Of a DNA stretch of 36,934 nt, positions 19,887 through 29,628 are shown one piece after another. The notes under the pieces are model-generated. The model did no database searches. It was not told the DNA's origin and saw only the letters and a program-made list of their open reading frames with translations. The stretch is from contig JBHJHA010000022.1 in NCBI GenBank assembly GCA_050331235.1, positions 1 through 36,934 of the forward strand, given 5' to 3'. Origin of the DNA: Leptolyngbyaceae cyanobacterium (GTDB taxonomy: Bacteria; Cyanobacteriota; Cyanobacteriia; Phormidesmidales; Phormidesmidaceae). Each line of letters opens with the position of its first letter. Within the stretch, counting starts at the first letter, position 1. Both the position numbers and the translations under genes were made by a program.

Positions 19887-20539
19887 TGAAACCTCCTAAT
19901 TGAAAATTTTATTTTATAACCCTGCTGAACGCTTTCTCTCAGCTAAAATCTAGCCTTTTCAAGCGCGATCGCCAGCTATCTCAGTTCGCTAAGATGGCCT
20001 TAAATAAGCAATTTTGCAAATACAAAATCACAAAAAAAGCATCTTTTAACTCGTTTAAGATAGGCAATCGTCTATAGGATGAATTGTCTTTCTAGGACCG
20101 TTCACAGGCCGACTGCTGCCTATAAACGATAAGTTTTGGCCGCCACTTTTTGAAAGTTTTGTTCATAAACGCAAAACATAAGTTCAACTATGTTTATCTT
20201 TTGCGAAATAATTTTCATCCTCAATTCATGTCATAGAAATTGCTGTATTGATCAGGGGCTGTCTGAGGGAGCCGGCCAACGATTGACAGTGTGCAAGCCT
20301 GGCCGCAGTTCGCTATATCTGCGATCGCGGCATATGGTGTGGGGTGATGTCCCAGCGCTGTTCTTTGCCGGTCTAGAGTGAGGGCAGAGCGGGTCTGTCA
20401 ATGTATCAGTCCCTCGGGTGGTTGCCAGGCTGCGCTGCCGTTTGGTGGGCTGGTCTAGGCGAATTGGAGAAGCGTAAAATCGGTATTAGGTCAGAAAGTC
20501 CAACGCTATATTCTTCAGTAATTACAAACCTGTATCACC

Positions 20540-23500
20540 ATGCGTTTATCCCTCGTTGTGGGTCTTGTCGTCGTGCCAGCGGTCTGCTGGCCGCTATGGA
20601 CCCTGCCCACCGTGCCCGCGATCGCGGCGACTGAGGCGGCCGCGACCACTGCTGACGCCCTTTACCAAACCGGTGAGCAGCTGTTTTATCGTGGTCAATA
20701 TGCGGCTGCTCTAGAGAAGTTGACCGCCGCCGCTCGCCAGGCCCAGGCTGTCGGTAATTTATCGATCGAGGCGGCTGCCTGGACGACCATCGCCCTCCTG
20801 CATGTCACTTTGGGGGAGTCGGACCTCAGTCGTCAGGCCATTGACCAGGCCATGGCTTTACATGACCGCTTTGACGACCCCCTAGGCCGCGCCGAAACTT
20901 TGCGGGTGTTGGTAAATGTAGATTTAGACGTTGCTCCTGATGAGGACGTGATCGCGATGGCCGAAACAGCCCTCGCGATCGCCCGTGAACAAGGTGATCT
21001 GCTGCTGGAGGGAATCTTGCTTGCAGACTTGGGCGCGCTGGAAATGCAGCGATCTCGCTACGAGTCTGGTCGGGAATTGTTGAGCCAGAGTGAGCAGGCA
21101 CTCTCCGCGGCGGCAGCGACAGGCGATGACCCCCTTGTGACTGAAAATTACCGAGGACTCAATCTGTTTTGGCAGGGGTTGGGGGCAGCTTGGGCCTCAG
21201 AGTTTGAGACCGGTCAGGCCGCAGTTGCCCAGATGCTCGCCATTGCTCAGGCTAACGACCTTTACCCGATCGAGGGTCTAGCCTGGTATCTCGGCGGAAT
21301 TGTTCATCAAAATCAAGAAAACTATGTACTAGCGCGGTCCAGCCATCGCAAGGCTGTGGATATATTTGACCGGATTGAGGCGCACAACCTTTTGCAGTTT
21401 GCTCTGGTCAGCCTAGGAGAGATCGAGATCATTGAAGCGATCGCCCAAGAAAGATCCGATTTAGCTCGAGCTCAGCAAGGCTATGAACAGGGTATTAGCC
21501 ATTTCCAAAGGGCGCTGGCGCTGGCGGAAGAACGCGAAGCCCGAACTCAGGTAGAACAGTATCGGCAGCTTTTGACGGAAGCGTATATCTTGCTGACTTC
21601 AGTGCATAGTGACTTTGCCGATCAGTATTTAAATCTCGGCCAGGATCAAGTGTTAGCCGGGGAGTTTGAGGTTGCCCTAGAGTCACTCCAACAATCTGAA
21701 GCTGCAGCGCAGCAGGCCATAGAAACGATTCTGCTGGCGGAAGTGACACCCGATAATAAAGCCAAAATTGACCAGTGGCAGTATTTTGCTCACAACGCTC
21801 TGGTCAGTGCCTACCTCTGGCAGGGATGGAGTTTGCAATCGCTGTCTCAGTTTGAACAGCGGTTGCAAATCGCCCAACGCTCAGCCGCAGTCTCTGAAAC
21901 CGCGTTATCTTACGCGATCGCCAGCGGCAACGCTGAGATCATCCTCTATGCCTATGCAAATATCATCACAGTCTATGACTCCCTGGGACTCGCCGAAAAA
22001 GATCTAGCACAGTTTGCGGCCAGCGAGTCAGCCTACGAAACGGGTCTTGCCTACGCGCGTCAAGCACAGGATCCAGAGCAAGAACGCAGTTCGCTAGAGC
22101 GGTTGCAATGGCTTCACGCCGATTGGGGTCGCCATTTACGGGCTGCTGGCGAGTATGAGCAAGCGCTACATATCTCCCAAATTGGACTTCAGCTGGGGGA
22201 AGAACTGCTGGCCTTAGCCGACGATTCGACTACCCCTGACGAAGAGTGGTTTCAAGATGCCTTGCGGGGACAATCCTTACTGCACAGCAACATTGCCCTG
22301 ATTTATGCTGATTTAGGAGAGCCGCTACAAGAGCTGGCGGCTTATCAGCGAGGGCTGGCCCTGGCAGAGCAACTGACCACGTCATTTGAGCGGCTGACCT
22401 ATTTGAAATCCGTTGCCGTGACCTATTACGAGCTCACGCGCTATCAAGAGTCCCTCGAGCTGTGGCAGCAGCTGCTCGCCCTTGATCAAGTGCAAAGCAA
22501 CCCAGTGCTGAAGGGGGAGGCGCTGATCTTTATAGCGCTAATTTATGATGGCTTTGGCCGCTACGACGGCGCGATCGCTACTTATGAGCAAGCCCTTACC
22601 ATTGCCCGAGCTGAGGGCGATTTGGAGCAGGAGCACAGCATTTTAAACAATCTGGCGACGATTCACGATGCCAAGGGTGAATATGATCAGGCCCTAGAAT
22701 GGCTGGAGCAAGGGCTACAACTCACTCGCCGCCGTCGCGCCCAAATTGCCGCCACGACTACTTCTGATGAGCTCGCACAAGTTTGCCTTACTGGAACTTT
22801 TCAAGATGACTTTGTCACTGATGCAGGTGAATATCAAGTCTTTCGAGACAGCTATACCGCAGCATTGAACGCCCAAAGTTTCGCAGAAGACCGCCAAGAC
22901 TGCCTCAATATCACCTGGAGCAGTGAGGCGACTACCTTCAACAATATTGCCGTGATTTACGATGACCAGGGACGCTATGAGGAGGCGTTGGCACTCTATG
23001 AAACATCCTTGGAAATTACTCGGAGTCGCTTGCGCGATCGCGCAAGCGAGGCCACGACCCTGAGCAACATTGCCTTAGTCTATTTCAACCAGGGTGATTA
23101 TCAGAAGGCTGCTGAGCTTGTGCAACAGGTCTTGACTATGCGGCAAGCCCTGGGTGACCAGTATGGGGAAACCCTTTCGCTCAATGACGTCGGGATGATC
23201 TACGAGGCCCAAGGTCGATATGATCAGGCTCAAACCTATGTGGAGCAAGCCTTAACCCAGGCTCAGTCATTAGGTATCAAGCCCGTTGAGCCGACCCTTC
23301 GGAATAATCTGGCGCTCATTTATCGTAAGCAGGCGCAGTACGATGTGGCGGAGCGTTACCACACCGAGGCGATCACCCTCAGTCGTGAGCTGGGCCTGAC
23401 GCCAGATGAAGCGCTGAGTCTCAGTGGCTTGGGGCATCTCAGGGCGGCTCAGGGACAATATGCCCAAGCGGTCGATTACTTGGGCCAAGCCCTGGCCATC

Positions 23501-25801
23501 TTTGACGAAAGCGGCAGCCGTAAAAATGAAAGCATCGCTCGCGTTAGCTTGGGCGCTTATTTAGACGCCCAAGGTTACTATGCCGAAGCCCTAGACCAGA
23601 AGCAGCAGGCGTTAGCCATTGCGGAGGCGATTGGGGCCCTCAACATCGAAGGGTATGCACTGGAAGCACTGGGTACGACCTATCGTAGCTTGGGGCAGTT
23701 GGATAAAGCACTGGAGTATTCGCAAGCGGCGATCGCGATCTATCGCGATATTGGCGATCGGGCCAGCGAGGCCGACACCTTGGTCGATCTAGGCTTGGTT
23801 TACGACAGACAAACCCAACCTGACCGGGCCCTCAACACCTACCAACAAGCCTTAGCGATCTACCGTGACATTGGCAGCGTGCAAGGGGAAAGCACTACCC
23901 TGGCCAATATGGGGTTCATCCACATGCAGCTAGCGGACCATAGCACGGCGGAAACGTTGTTTGCCCAGGCTCTAGACATTCAGCAGGCGATTGGCGCTCG
24001 GGGACGGGAGAGCATTACCCTCAACGGGCTGGCGCTTGCCCAAGCCGGGCAAAACCAAGCTGAAAAAGCCCTTAACCTGCTACAGCAGTCTCTAGCGCTG
24101 CATCGGGAGCTGGGCGATCGCCCCAACGAAGCCCGAGTGCTCAGTGACATCGGCAAAGTACTGGCACAACAGGGGCAGTCAGAAACGGCCATTATCTTTC
24201 TCAAGGCTGCCGTCAAGCTGACGGAAGACCTGCGCGGCAATATCCAAGGTCTTGCGCTGGAAGATCAAGTGGCCTACGCCGACAGCGTTAGCGATCGCTA
24301 TCGGCAACTCGCCGATTTGCTCCTAGAGCAGGGCAACATTCCAGAGGCGCAGCAGGTACTGGATCTGCTGAAACTGGAAGAACTGCGGGAGTTTAACGAC
24401 CCGACCCGGGCCACCTGGACGGGCACAGAGCTGGTGTACACCGACCCAGAGCAGGCGGTGATCGATGCCCACGACAGTCTGATTGCTCTGGGCACCGCCC
24501 GCGTCAACTGTGTGGAGGCGGCTGACTGCGATCAGCTCGATGATCAGCTGCAGGCGCTAAAAGCTCAATACGATGCTCAGGTTGCTGAGTTTGAGGCGAC
24601 CATTCGCGCTAACCGTCAGGCTGATGATGAGTTTGTCGACCCAGACAATATTAGCGGTGATGCCAAAGACCTGTTGGATGCCTACGCCGCAGCTGGGCAA
24701 AATGCCCTGCTGATTTACCCCTTTGTGCTCGAAGATAAGCTGTGGCTAGTGTGGGCGGCAGCCGGACGCGCGATCGGCAGTGTTGAAGTTCCCGTTGAAC
24801 AGGGGGAACTCGCCGCTACAGTGCAGCGCCTGGGTGAGTTGCTGACCACCCCCACCGGGGGCAACGAGCTGCAGGCGACGAGTCAGCAGCTCTATGACTG
24901 GCTGATTCGGCCCTTGGAAACCGAGCTGACGCAAAACGAAGTTGACCACCTCATATTTGTGAGCGATCGCGTCACTCGCTATATTCCGATGGCGGTCTTA
25001 TCCGATGGTGAGCACTACCTCCTAGAGCGCTACACCATTTCTTCGGTGCTGGCCCCTGGCTTGACCGATACTGACACCCGCCTCACCGCCGCTGACTCGT
25101 TTCAAGTGTTGGGGTTAGGACTGACCCAAGCCGTTTCTGACTTTCCACCGCTGCCCGCCGTCTCCGAAGAGTTAGACGGTATCATTCTCAGCGATGGTAG
25201 CGACGCCGCCGGAGTTTACCCTGGTCGAGTGCTGCTCGATGAAGCGTTTACCCTCGACAGTTTGGAAGACAATGTCAGACGGCATCAGGTGCTACATATG
25301 GCCACCCATGCTGCCTTTGTGCCAGGGCGGGCGGAGCAGTCCTACATCATGTTGGGGGATGGCGGCCAGCTCACTATTCCAGATATTGAGGCCATGGAAC
25401 ATCGCCTGGAGGACTTGCACTTAGTTGTCCTCTCGGCCTGCCAAACTGCCCTCGGGGGCACCGCCGGTGACGGCACCGAAATTGCCGGCATCAGCTCTTA
25501 TTTTTTGGAAAAGGGCCGCGCCGAAACAGTGGTCGCCTCCCTGTGGCAGGTGAATGACAATAGCACCAGTTTGCTGATGCAGCGCTTTTACGAGTTCCTC
25601 GCCTCGGGTGAACTGACGAAGGCCGAAGCTCTGCGCCAGGCCCAGCTCAGCCTGCTCTATGGCGAAGATACCGCAACTCGTTTGGCCGCGGCGCGAGGCT
25701 CTATTGCCATTGAGCCCTTGGCTGGGCGATCACTCGCCACCACGGGACTTGCACATCCTTACCACTGGGCACCCTTTATCTTGATTGGCAATGGACTATA
25801 A
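20540..25801 (+). CDS. Large TPR-repeat CHAT (caspase HetF-associated) domain protein with N-terminal signal peptide
   Basis: Hydrophobic N-terminus, many TPRs (e.g. LNNLA.I....GEY..AL), CHAT motifs LHMATH, VLSACQT, VASLWQVND and HPYHWAPFILIGN. Confidence 0.92.
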   Translation: MRLSLVVGLVVVPAVCWPLWTLPTVPAIAATEAAATTADALYQTGEQLFYRGQYAAALEKLTAAARQAQAVGNLSIEAAAWTTIALLHVTLGESDLSRQAIDQAMALHDRFDDPLGRAETLRVLVNVDLDVAPDEDVIAMAETALAIAREQGDLLLEGILLADLGALEMQRSRYESGRELLSQSEQALSAAAATGDDPLVTENYRGLNLFWQGLGAAWASEFETGQAAVAQMLAIAQANDLYPIEGLAWYLGGIVHQNQENYVLARSSHRKAVDIFDRIEAHNLLQFALVSLGEIEIIEAIAQERSDLARAQQGYEQGISHFQRALALAEEREARTQVEQYRQLLTEAYILLTSVHSDFADQYLNLGQDQVLAGEFEVALESLQQSEAAAQQAIETILLAEVTPDNKAKIDQWQYFAHNALVSAYLWQGWSLQSLSQFEQRLQIAQRSAAVSETALSYAIASGNAEIILYAYANIITVYDSLGLAEKDLAQFAASESAYETGLAYARQAQDPEQERSSLERLQWLHADWGRHLRAAGEYEQALHISQIGLQLGEELLALADDSTTPDEEWFQDALRGQSLLHSNIALIYADLGEPLQELAAYQRGLALAEQLTTSFERLTYLKSVAVTYYELTRYQESLELWQQLLALDQVQSNPVLKGEALIFIALIYDGFGRYDGAIATYEQALTIARAEGDLEQEHSILNNLATIHDAKGEYDQALEWLEQGLQLTRRRRAQIAATTTSDELAQVCLTGTFQDDFVTDAGEYQVFRDSYTAALNAQSFAEDRQDCLNITWSSEATTFNNIAVIYDDQGRYEEALALYETSLEITRSRLRDRASEATTLSNIALVYFNQGDYQKAAELVQQVLTMRQALGDQYGETLSLNDVGMIYEAQGRYDQAQTYVEQALTQAQSLGIKPVEPTLRNNLALIYRKQAQYDVAERYHTEAITLSRELGLTPDEALSLSGLGHLRAAQGQYAQAVDYLGQALAIFDESGSRKNESIARVSLGAYLDAQGYYAEALDQKQQALAIAEAIGALNIEGYALEALGTTYRSLGQLDKALEYSQAAIAIYRDIGDRASEADTLVDLGLVYDRQTQPDRALNTYQQALAIYRDIGSVQGESTTLANMGFIHMQLADHSTAETLFAQALDIQQAIGARGRESITLNGLALAQAGQNQAEKALNLLQQSLALHRELGDRPNEARVLSDIGKVLAQQGQSETAIIFLKAAVKLTEDLRGNIQGLALEDQVAYADSVSDRYRQLADLLLEQGNIPEAQQVLDLLKLEELREFNDPTRATWTGTELVYTDPEQAVIDAHDSLIALGTARVNCVEAADCDQLDDQLQALKAQYDAQVAEFEATIRANRQADDEFVDPDNISGDAKDLLDAYAAAGQNALLIYPFVLEDKLWLVWAAAGRAIGSVEVPVEQGELAATVQRLGELLTTPTGGNELQATSQQLYDWLIRPLETELTQNEVDHLIFVSDRVTRYIPMAVLSDGEHYLLERYTISSVLAPGLTDTDTRLTAADSFQVLGLGLTQAVSDFPPLPAVSEELDGIILSDGSDAAGVYPGRVLLDEAFTLDSLEDNVRRHQVLHMATHAAFVPGRAEQSYIMLGDGGQLTIPDIEAMEHRLEDLHLVVLSACQTALGGTAGDGTEIAGISSYFLEKGRAETVVASLWQVNDNSTSLLMQRFYEFLASGELTKAEALRQAQLSLLYGEDTATRLAAARGSIAIEPLAGRSLATTGLAHPYHWAPFILIGNGL

Positions 25802-25826
25802 AGTTGCAGTGATCTGTGACCGGCCC

Positions 25827-28800
25827 CTACATTGACACAACGAGCTGTGAGCCATCGAGGGTCTTGGCCACGTCGATGCGTGTTTCAAAGGCTTCGCGAA
25901 AGTGCGGGATATGGGTCACGGCAAGAATGCAGGCAAAGTCAGCCGCGATCGCGTTGATGGCCCCAACTAGGCGATCGCAGCCCTCTCGATCTTGGGTGCC
26001 AAATCCCTCATCGATAATCAGGGTTTGCAGAGGGGTGCCTGAGCGCTGGGCCAATAGGCGGGCTAGCGCTAGCCGAATGGCAAAATTCACCCGAAAAGCT
26101 TCCCCCCCGGAATAAGTTTCATAGGGCCGAGTCCCCTGGGCATCGGCGATCACAATATCCAACGTGTCGATGAGCTTGCCCTGACGGCCGCGCCCGGCCC
26201 GCTGAGTGACAAACTGCACGTGAAGCTGATGGGCGCTCAACCGCCCCAAGAGATGATTGGTCTCCGCTTCCAGCTGGGGCAGCAAGTGTTCGATCAGGAG
26301 CGCTTGCAAACCGTTGCGCCCAAACGCTGTGGCCAACTCTTGATGAACCCGCCCCCGCCGCTGGGCTTGATAGTAGTCCTGCTGCTGTTGAGTAAGCTGA
26401 GCCTGGAGCTGGTCAAAATGTAGAAGCTGCTGGTGGAGGGCGCCCTGCCGTGAAAGAATCTCTTCTCGCTGGTGCTGGCGATCGCGTAGTTGCTGCTCTA
26501 GGCGGTCAACTTCAGCCTGGACATCGGGCTGGTAGGCCAATTGCGCCTCCAGCGATTGGGCTTGCTCGACCAGGGCTTGGGACTCCTGCTGGCACCGTTC
26601 CTGCTGTTGAGCAAGCTGGACACGCCGCTGCTCAAGCTGGGGCAACTCCTGTTGGGCCTGCTGCAGTTTTTGCTGCTGTAGCCGCCAGCTTTGGGCTGCC
26701 TTGAGCTGTGTCCGCACCTGTTGATGGGTTTCTAGGCTGTACCCTAGTTGGGTCAACTGCTGGTCCAAATCCACTAAGATTCGCACGACATCTGACTGCG
26801 CGACCGCGGCTATTTCGGCCTCTGAGGTCGCGATCGCCTGCTCGAGTTGGGGCCGCTGCTGGCGTAGCTGCGTTTGCTGTCGCTCTGCCTGTCGCACTTC
26901 CGCCTGTCGCACTTCTGCCCAGCGGAGTCGATCAACTTGGCCCCGGGCCAGCGCATGGTCCCGCTCATCGTAGGCCAGGTGAGCTAGTTCGACCTCGATC
27001 TGGCACAGTTCCCCTTGCAAATCAGGCGCATATTCACGATTGGCTAAGCAGCGCTGTAGATGCGATCGCTCCTCCGCCAGAGACGCCAATTGTTGAGCCA
27101 CCGACTCACTCGAGTTGAGCTTCGCCATCAAGCTGCCCCGTTGTTCCAACATGGGGCCATAGCCTGCGAGCTGATCTTCAAGCTCTCGATACTCTTGGCG
27201 CAGCACCTGAATCTCCCGCTCTGAGACGGCCAACTGCTCCCGAATTACCCAAATTTCTCGCTGCAGGTCTTCGCGTTCAGCTTGGTGCTTTTGCAAGACG
27301 TCCTGCCAATTGTGCTGCTCGAGGGGGCGATCGCAAACTGGGCAGGCAGCATTGGGCTGCTGCAGCAACTGAAGTTTTTGTTCAATCTGCCCAAGCTGCA
27401 TTTCATAGGTACGTTGTTCTGCTTGTAGCCGCTCCATAAAATGTCGCCGTTCCACCCCTTTTTCCCGCACCTGTTCCTGGTAAGTGCGTTTCGCGGTTAG
27501 CGCCTCTAAGGTGTGGCCGACCTCTAAAACGGCCTGCTGGAGCTGAGGTTTTTGTGCTTGTTGCTGCTGGAGCTGAGCAGCTGAATTGGTCAACGCCGTG
27601 AGGCGCGCCGTAAGGTCAGCCTGGGTCTGATCTAACTGCCGCTGGAGGCGCTGCTGCTGTTCCTGGAGGGGGCTGACCTGTAGCTGCAGCTGATCGAGAT
27701 GGGCTAGGCGCTGACGGGCGGCCGTCAGCGCCGCCAGCCCCGTAGCCACAGCTTCACGTTTTTGCAAAATTGGGGTTAACTCCGCAAGTTGCTGATCCAG
27801 GGTATTGAGTTCATGCTGTCGCTGCTGCCGCTGGACTTCGAGCGCCTGCACCTCCTTTTGGTGGGCTTGGTAATGGCGATCGCGGGTGGCCCGTAGGGCC
27901 TGCTGCTGTTGAAACTGAGCGGCTAAGGCTTCATCTTTTGCCTCTAGCTGCGCCAAGACTGCCATTCCCGCAGCAATTTCATCAGCTTGCTGGAGGGTTG
28001 CCGTGAGCGTGTCATACCGCTGAGTCAGAGTTTGATATTCAGCCGTCAACCGCTGGGCTTCATCGGTGAAATGTTGTCGCTGCTGCTGGTAGAGAGTTAG
28101 GGTCTGGCTCAGTTGTTGCCGCTGTTGCTGCCGCTGGGTCAACTGCTGCAACTCCTGGCGATCTTGGCTGTCTTGAATCTGATAGCGGCTCAGACGATCA
28201 TCAAGCGCCTGAGCCGCCTGGGCGATCGCGCTACGCTGCTGGACCTGTTCTTCCAGCTGGGCAACGGCCGTTTCCAGAAAGGTGACCTGGGCCTTGGCCT
28301 CCCGGGCTCTCTCTTTGGCCCTATCGGCGAGTTCGTCATATTGCCCCAGTTTCAACAAATCCGCCAAAATTTGCTTGCGCTCGCTGGGTCGCTTGAGCAT
28401 AAATTCATCTGCTCGTCCCTGGCGCAAATAAGCTGAATTGACAAAAGTTTCGTAATCCAACCGTAGGGTTTCACAGATCAACTGCTGTGTCGCTCGCATC
28501 CCCCGCTGCGTCAAGGGCCGAAACCCTTTCTCAGTTTGTACCTGAAATTCCAAAGTGCCGCCTTGGTTGCGGCGGCGCGATCGCACCACGCGAAACAGCT
28601 GTTGTTGATGCTCAAAGGTAAAACTGACCTGGGCCTCAATCGTCCCCAGGTGCACTACATCATCTTCGGTCACAGTGCGGCTGTGGCCCCATACCGCCCA
28701 GGCAATCGCCTCCAGAAGTGAAGATTTGCCCGACCCATTAGGACCCGAAACGCAAGCGACGTGAAGCCCCTCAAAATTAAGGGTCGCTGCCCGATAACTC

Positions 28801-28835
28801 AGAAAGTTGCGGAGCGTTAGCTGCTTCGGAATCAT
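25827..28835 (-). CDS. sbcC: Exonuclease SbcC (Rad50-like SMC ATPase)
   Basis: MIPKQLTLRNFLSY, Walker A GPNGSGKS, zinc hook CPVC, signature YSGGE, Walker B LIIDEGFG and long Q-rich coiled coils. ATG 28835. Confidence 0.93.
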   Translation of the reverse strand: MIPKQLTLRNFLSYRAATLNFEGLHVACVSGPNGSGKSSLLEAIAWAVWGHSRTVTEDDVVHLGTIEAQVSFTFEHQQQLFRVVRSRRRNQGGTLEFQVQTEKGFRPLTQRGMRATQQLICETLRLDYETFVNSAYLRQGRADEFMLKRPSERKQILADLLKLGQYDELADRAKERAREAKAQVTFLETAVAQLEEQVQQRSAIAQAAQALDDRLSRYQIQDSQDRQELQQLTQRQQQRQQLSQTLTLYQQQRQHFTDEAQRLTAEYQTLTQRYDTLTATLQQADEIAAGMAVLAQLEAKDEALAAQFQQQQALRATRDRHYQAHQKEVQALEVQRQQRQHELNTLDQQLAELTPILQKREAVATGLAALTAARQRLAHLDQLQLQVSPLQEQQQRLQRQLDQTQADLTARLTALTNSAAQLQQQQAQKPQLQQAVLEVGHTLEALTAKRTYQEQVREKGVERRHFMERLQAEQRTYEMQLGQIEQKLQLLQQPNAACPVCDRPLEQHNWQDVLQKHQAEREDLQREIWVIREQLAVSEREIQVLRQEYRELEDQLAGYGPMLEQRGSLMAKLNSSESVAQQLASLAEERSHLQRCLANREYAPDLQGELCQIEVELAHLAYDERDHALARGQVDRLRWAEVRQAEVRQAERQQTQLRQQRPQLEQAIATSEAEIAAVAQSDVVRILVDLDQQLTQLGYSLETHQQVRTQLKAAQSWRLQQQKLQQAQQELPQLEQRRVQLAQQQERCQQESQALVEQAQSLEAQLAYQPDVQAEVDRLEQQLRDRQHQREEILSRQGALHQQLLHFDQLQAQLTQQQQDYYQAQRRGRVHQELATAFGRNGLQALLIEHLLPQLEAETNHLLGRLSAHQLHVQFVTQRAGRGRQGKLIDTLDIVIADAQGTRPYETYSGGEAFRVNFAIRLALARLLAQRSGTPLQTLIIDEGFGTQDREGCDRLVGAINAIAADFACILAVTHIPHFREAFETRIDVAKTLDGSQLVVSM

Positions 28836-28868
28836 GCACGCAACCAATCAACGGTCTTTCTAAAATAA

Positions 28869-28916
28869 CAGTACGGGCGATCTTCAGTACAGACGATCTT
28901 GAGAATATTTGATCTT
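28869..28916. promoter_or_regulatory. Three tandem 16-bp LexA-box-like repeats upstream of sbcC
   Basis: CAGTACGGGCGATCTT / CAGTACAGACGATCTT / GAGAATATTTGATCTT. These resemble the cyanobacterial SOS box RGTAC-NNND-GTWCB. Confidence 0.6.
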
Positions 28917-29293
28917 CTGAAACATTTGCAAAACGACTGCATCAAGCACTCATTCCGGAAAACATTCTTGCCTGACTCGTTCTTACTGATCAATTTCGTT
29001 GACTACGGAGCAGCAGTCGCTGATCTAGCCAATATTCGAGAGTTCTAGCAGTTCCCAAAAGTCACAATTTAGTTGAGAAACGCATCCCCTTTGAGGAATG
29101 ATGGGCATGGTCAACTCCCCTCGACGGGTTAGCGATCACCGCTCACATCACCCAAACATTTATCAAAGGGAACTGTAAATATTGGGTCAAAATCCGACCC
29201 AATCCTGTGGACAAATTGCTGGCGCAATGGGCTGTCATCGGTTCATTGCACCCAACCATAGCGAGCCTGGGTCTGTCAGTAAAACCATTAGAT

Positions 29294-29319
29294 GAATCCA
29301 AATTCAGCTGTGCTCCGTA
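29294..29319 (+). promoter_or_regulatory. Putative ECF-sigma-dependent promoter
   Basis: GAATCC-N16-CGTA, about 310 nt upstream of the ECF sigma start. It resembles SigK-type (ATCC...CGAA/CGTA) promoters. Confidence 0.45.
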
Positions 29320-29628
29320 ATAAGAACAAGCAATCGCAGTAGGGACTTCTGAGCTCGCTGCCGCAGACTCAAACAACAAGCAGGGGGATTGAATTGGATG
29401 CAGTCAAGGGGAGCAATCTATGGATGATGCTTGGCCAGTAATCGCTGGTAATGGCAAACAGCAAGATTTGCGATCGCCCCTATCCTTTGAGGAATAGGGA
29501 CGCAGAGCAGCTAAATCGATTGAACCCTGGCGGCATCAATTTGGGGAAGCATCCTACTAAAGCGCAATTAAAAGATGTCCCGGCCAGCGATACTATATGG
29601 CATCAAAGCTTTTAGACATCTGGAGCAT

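Noticed and set aside
19887..20260. CcaR G-box or RpaB HLR1 site upstream of cpcL
   Set aside because: No match to the CTTTNCGATTT direct repeat. The TTAAA repeat seen has a 9-nt period, not 10.
26881..26920. 15-nt tandem repeat in sbcC (AEVRQ AEVRQ AERQ)
   Set aside because: In-frame low-complexity coiled-coil sequence, with no sign of a distinct element.
20540..28835. TPR-CHAT plus SMC-like ATPase as a novel defence system (Craspase/Lamassu/Wadjet-like)
   Set aside because: The genes are convergent rather than operonic, the ATPase is a canonical cyanobacterial SbcC, and there are no cas, effector or jet genes. The CHAT protein appears to be exported.
29143..29379. 78-aa ORF on the - strand in the sbcC-sigma gap
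   Set aside because: Non-ATG start, no motif, and it overlaps the putative ECF promoter.
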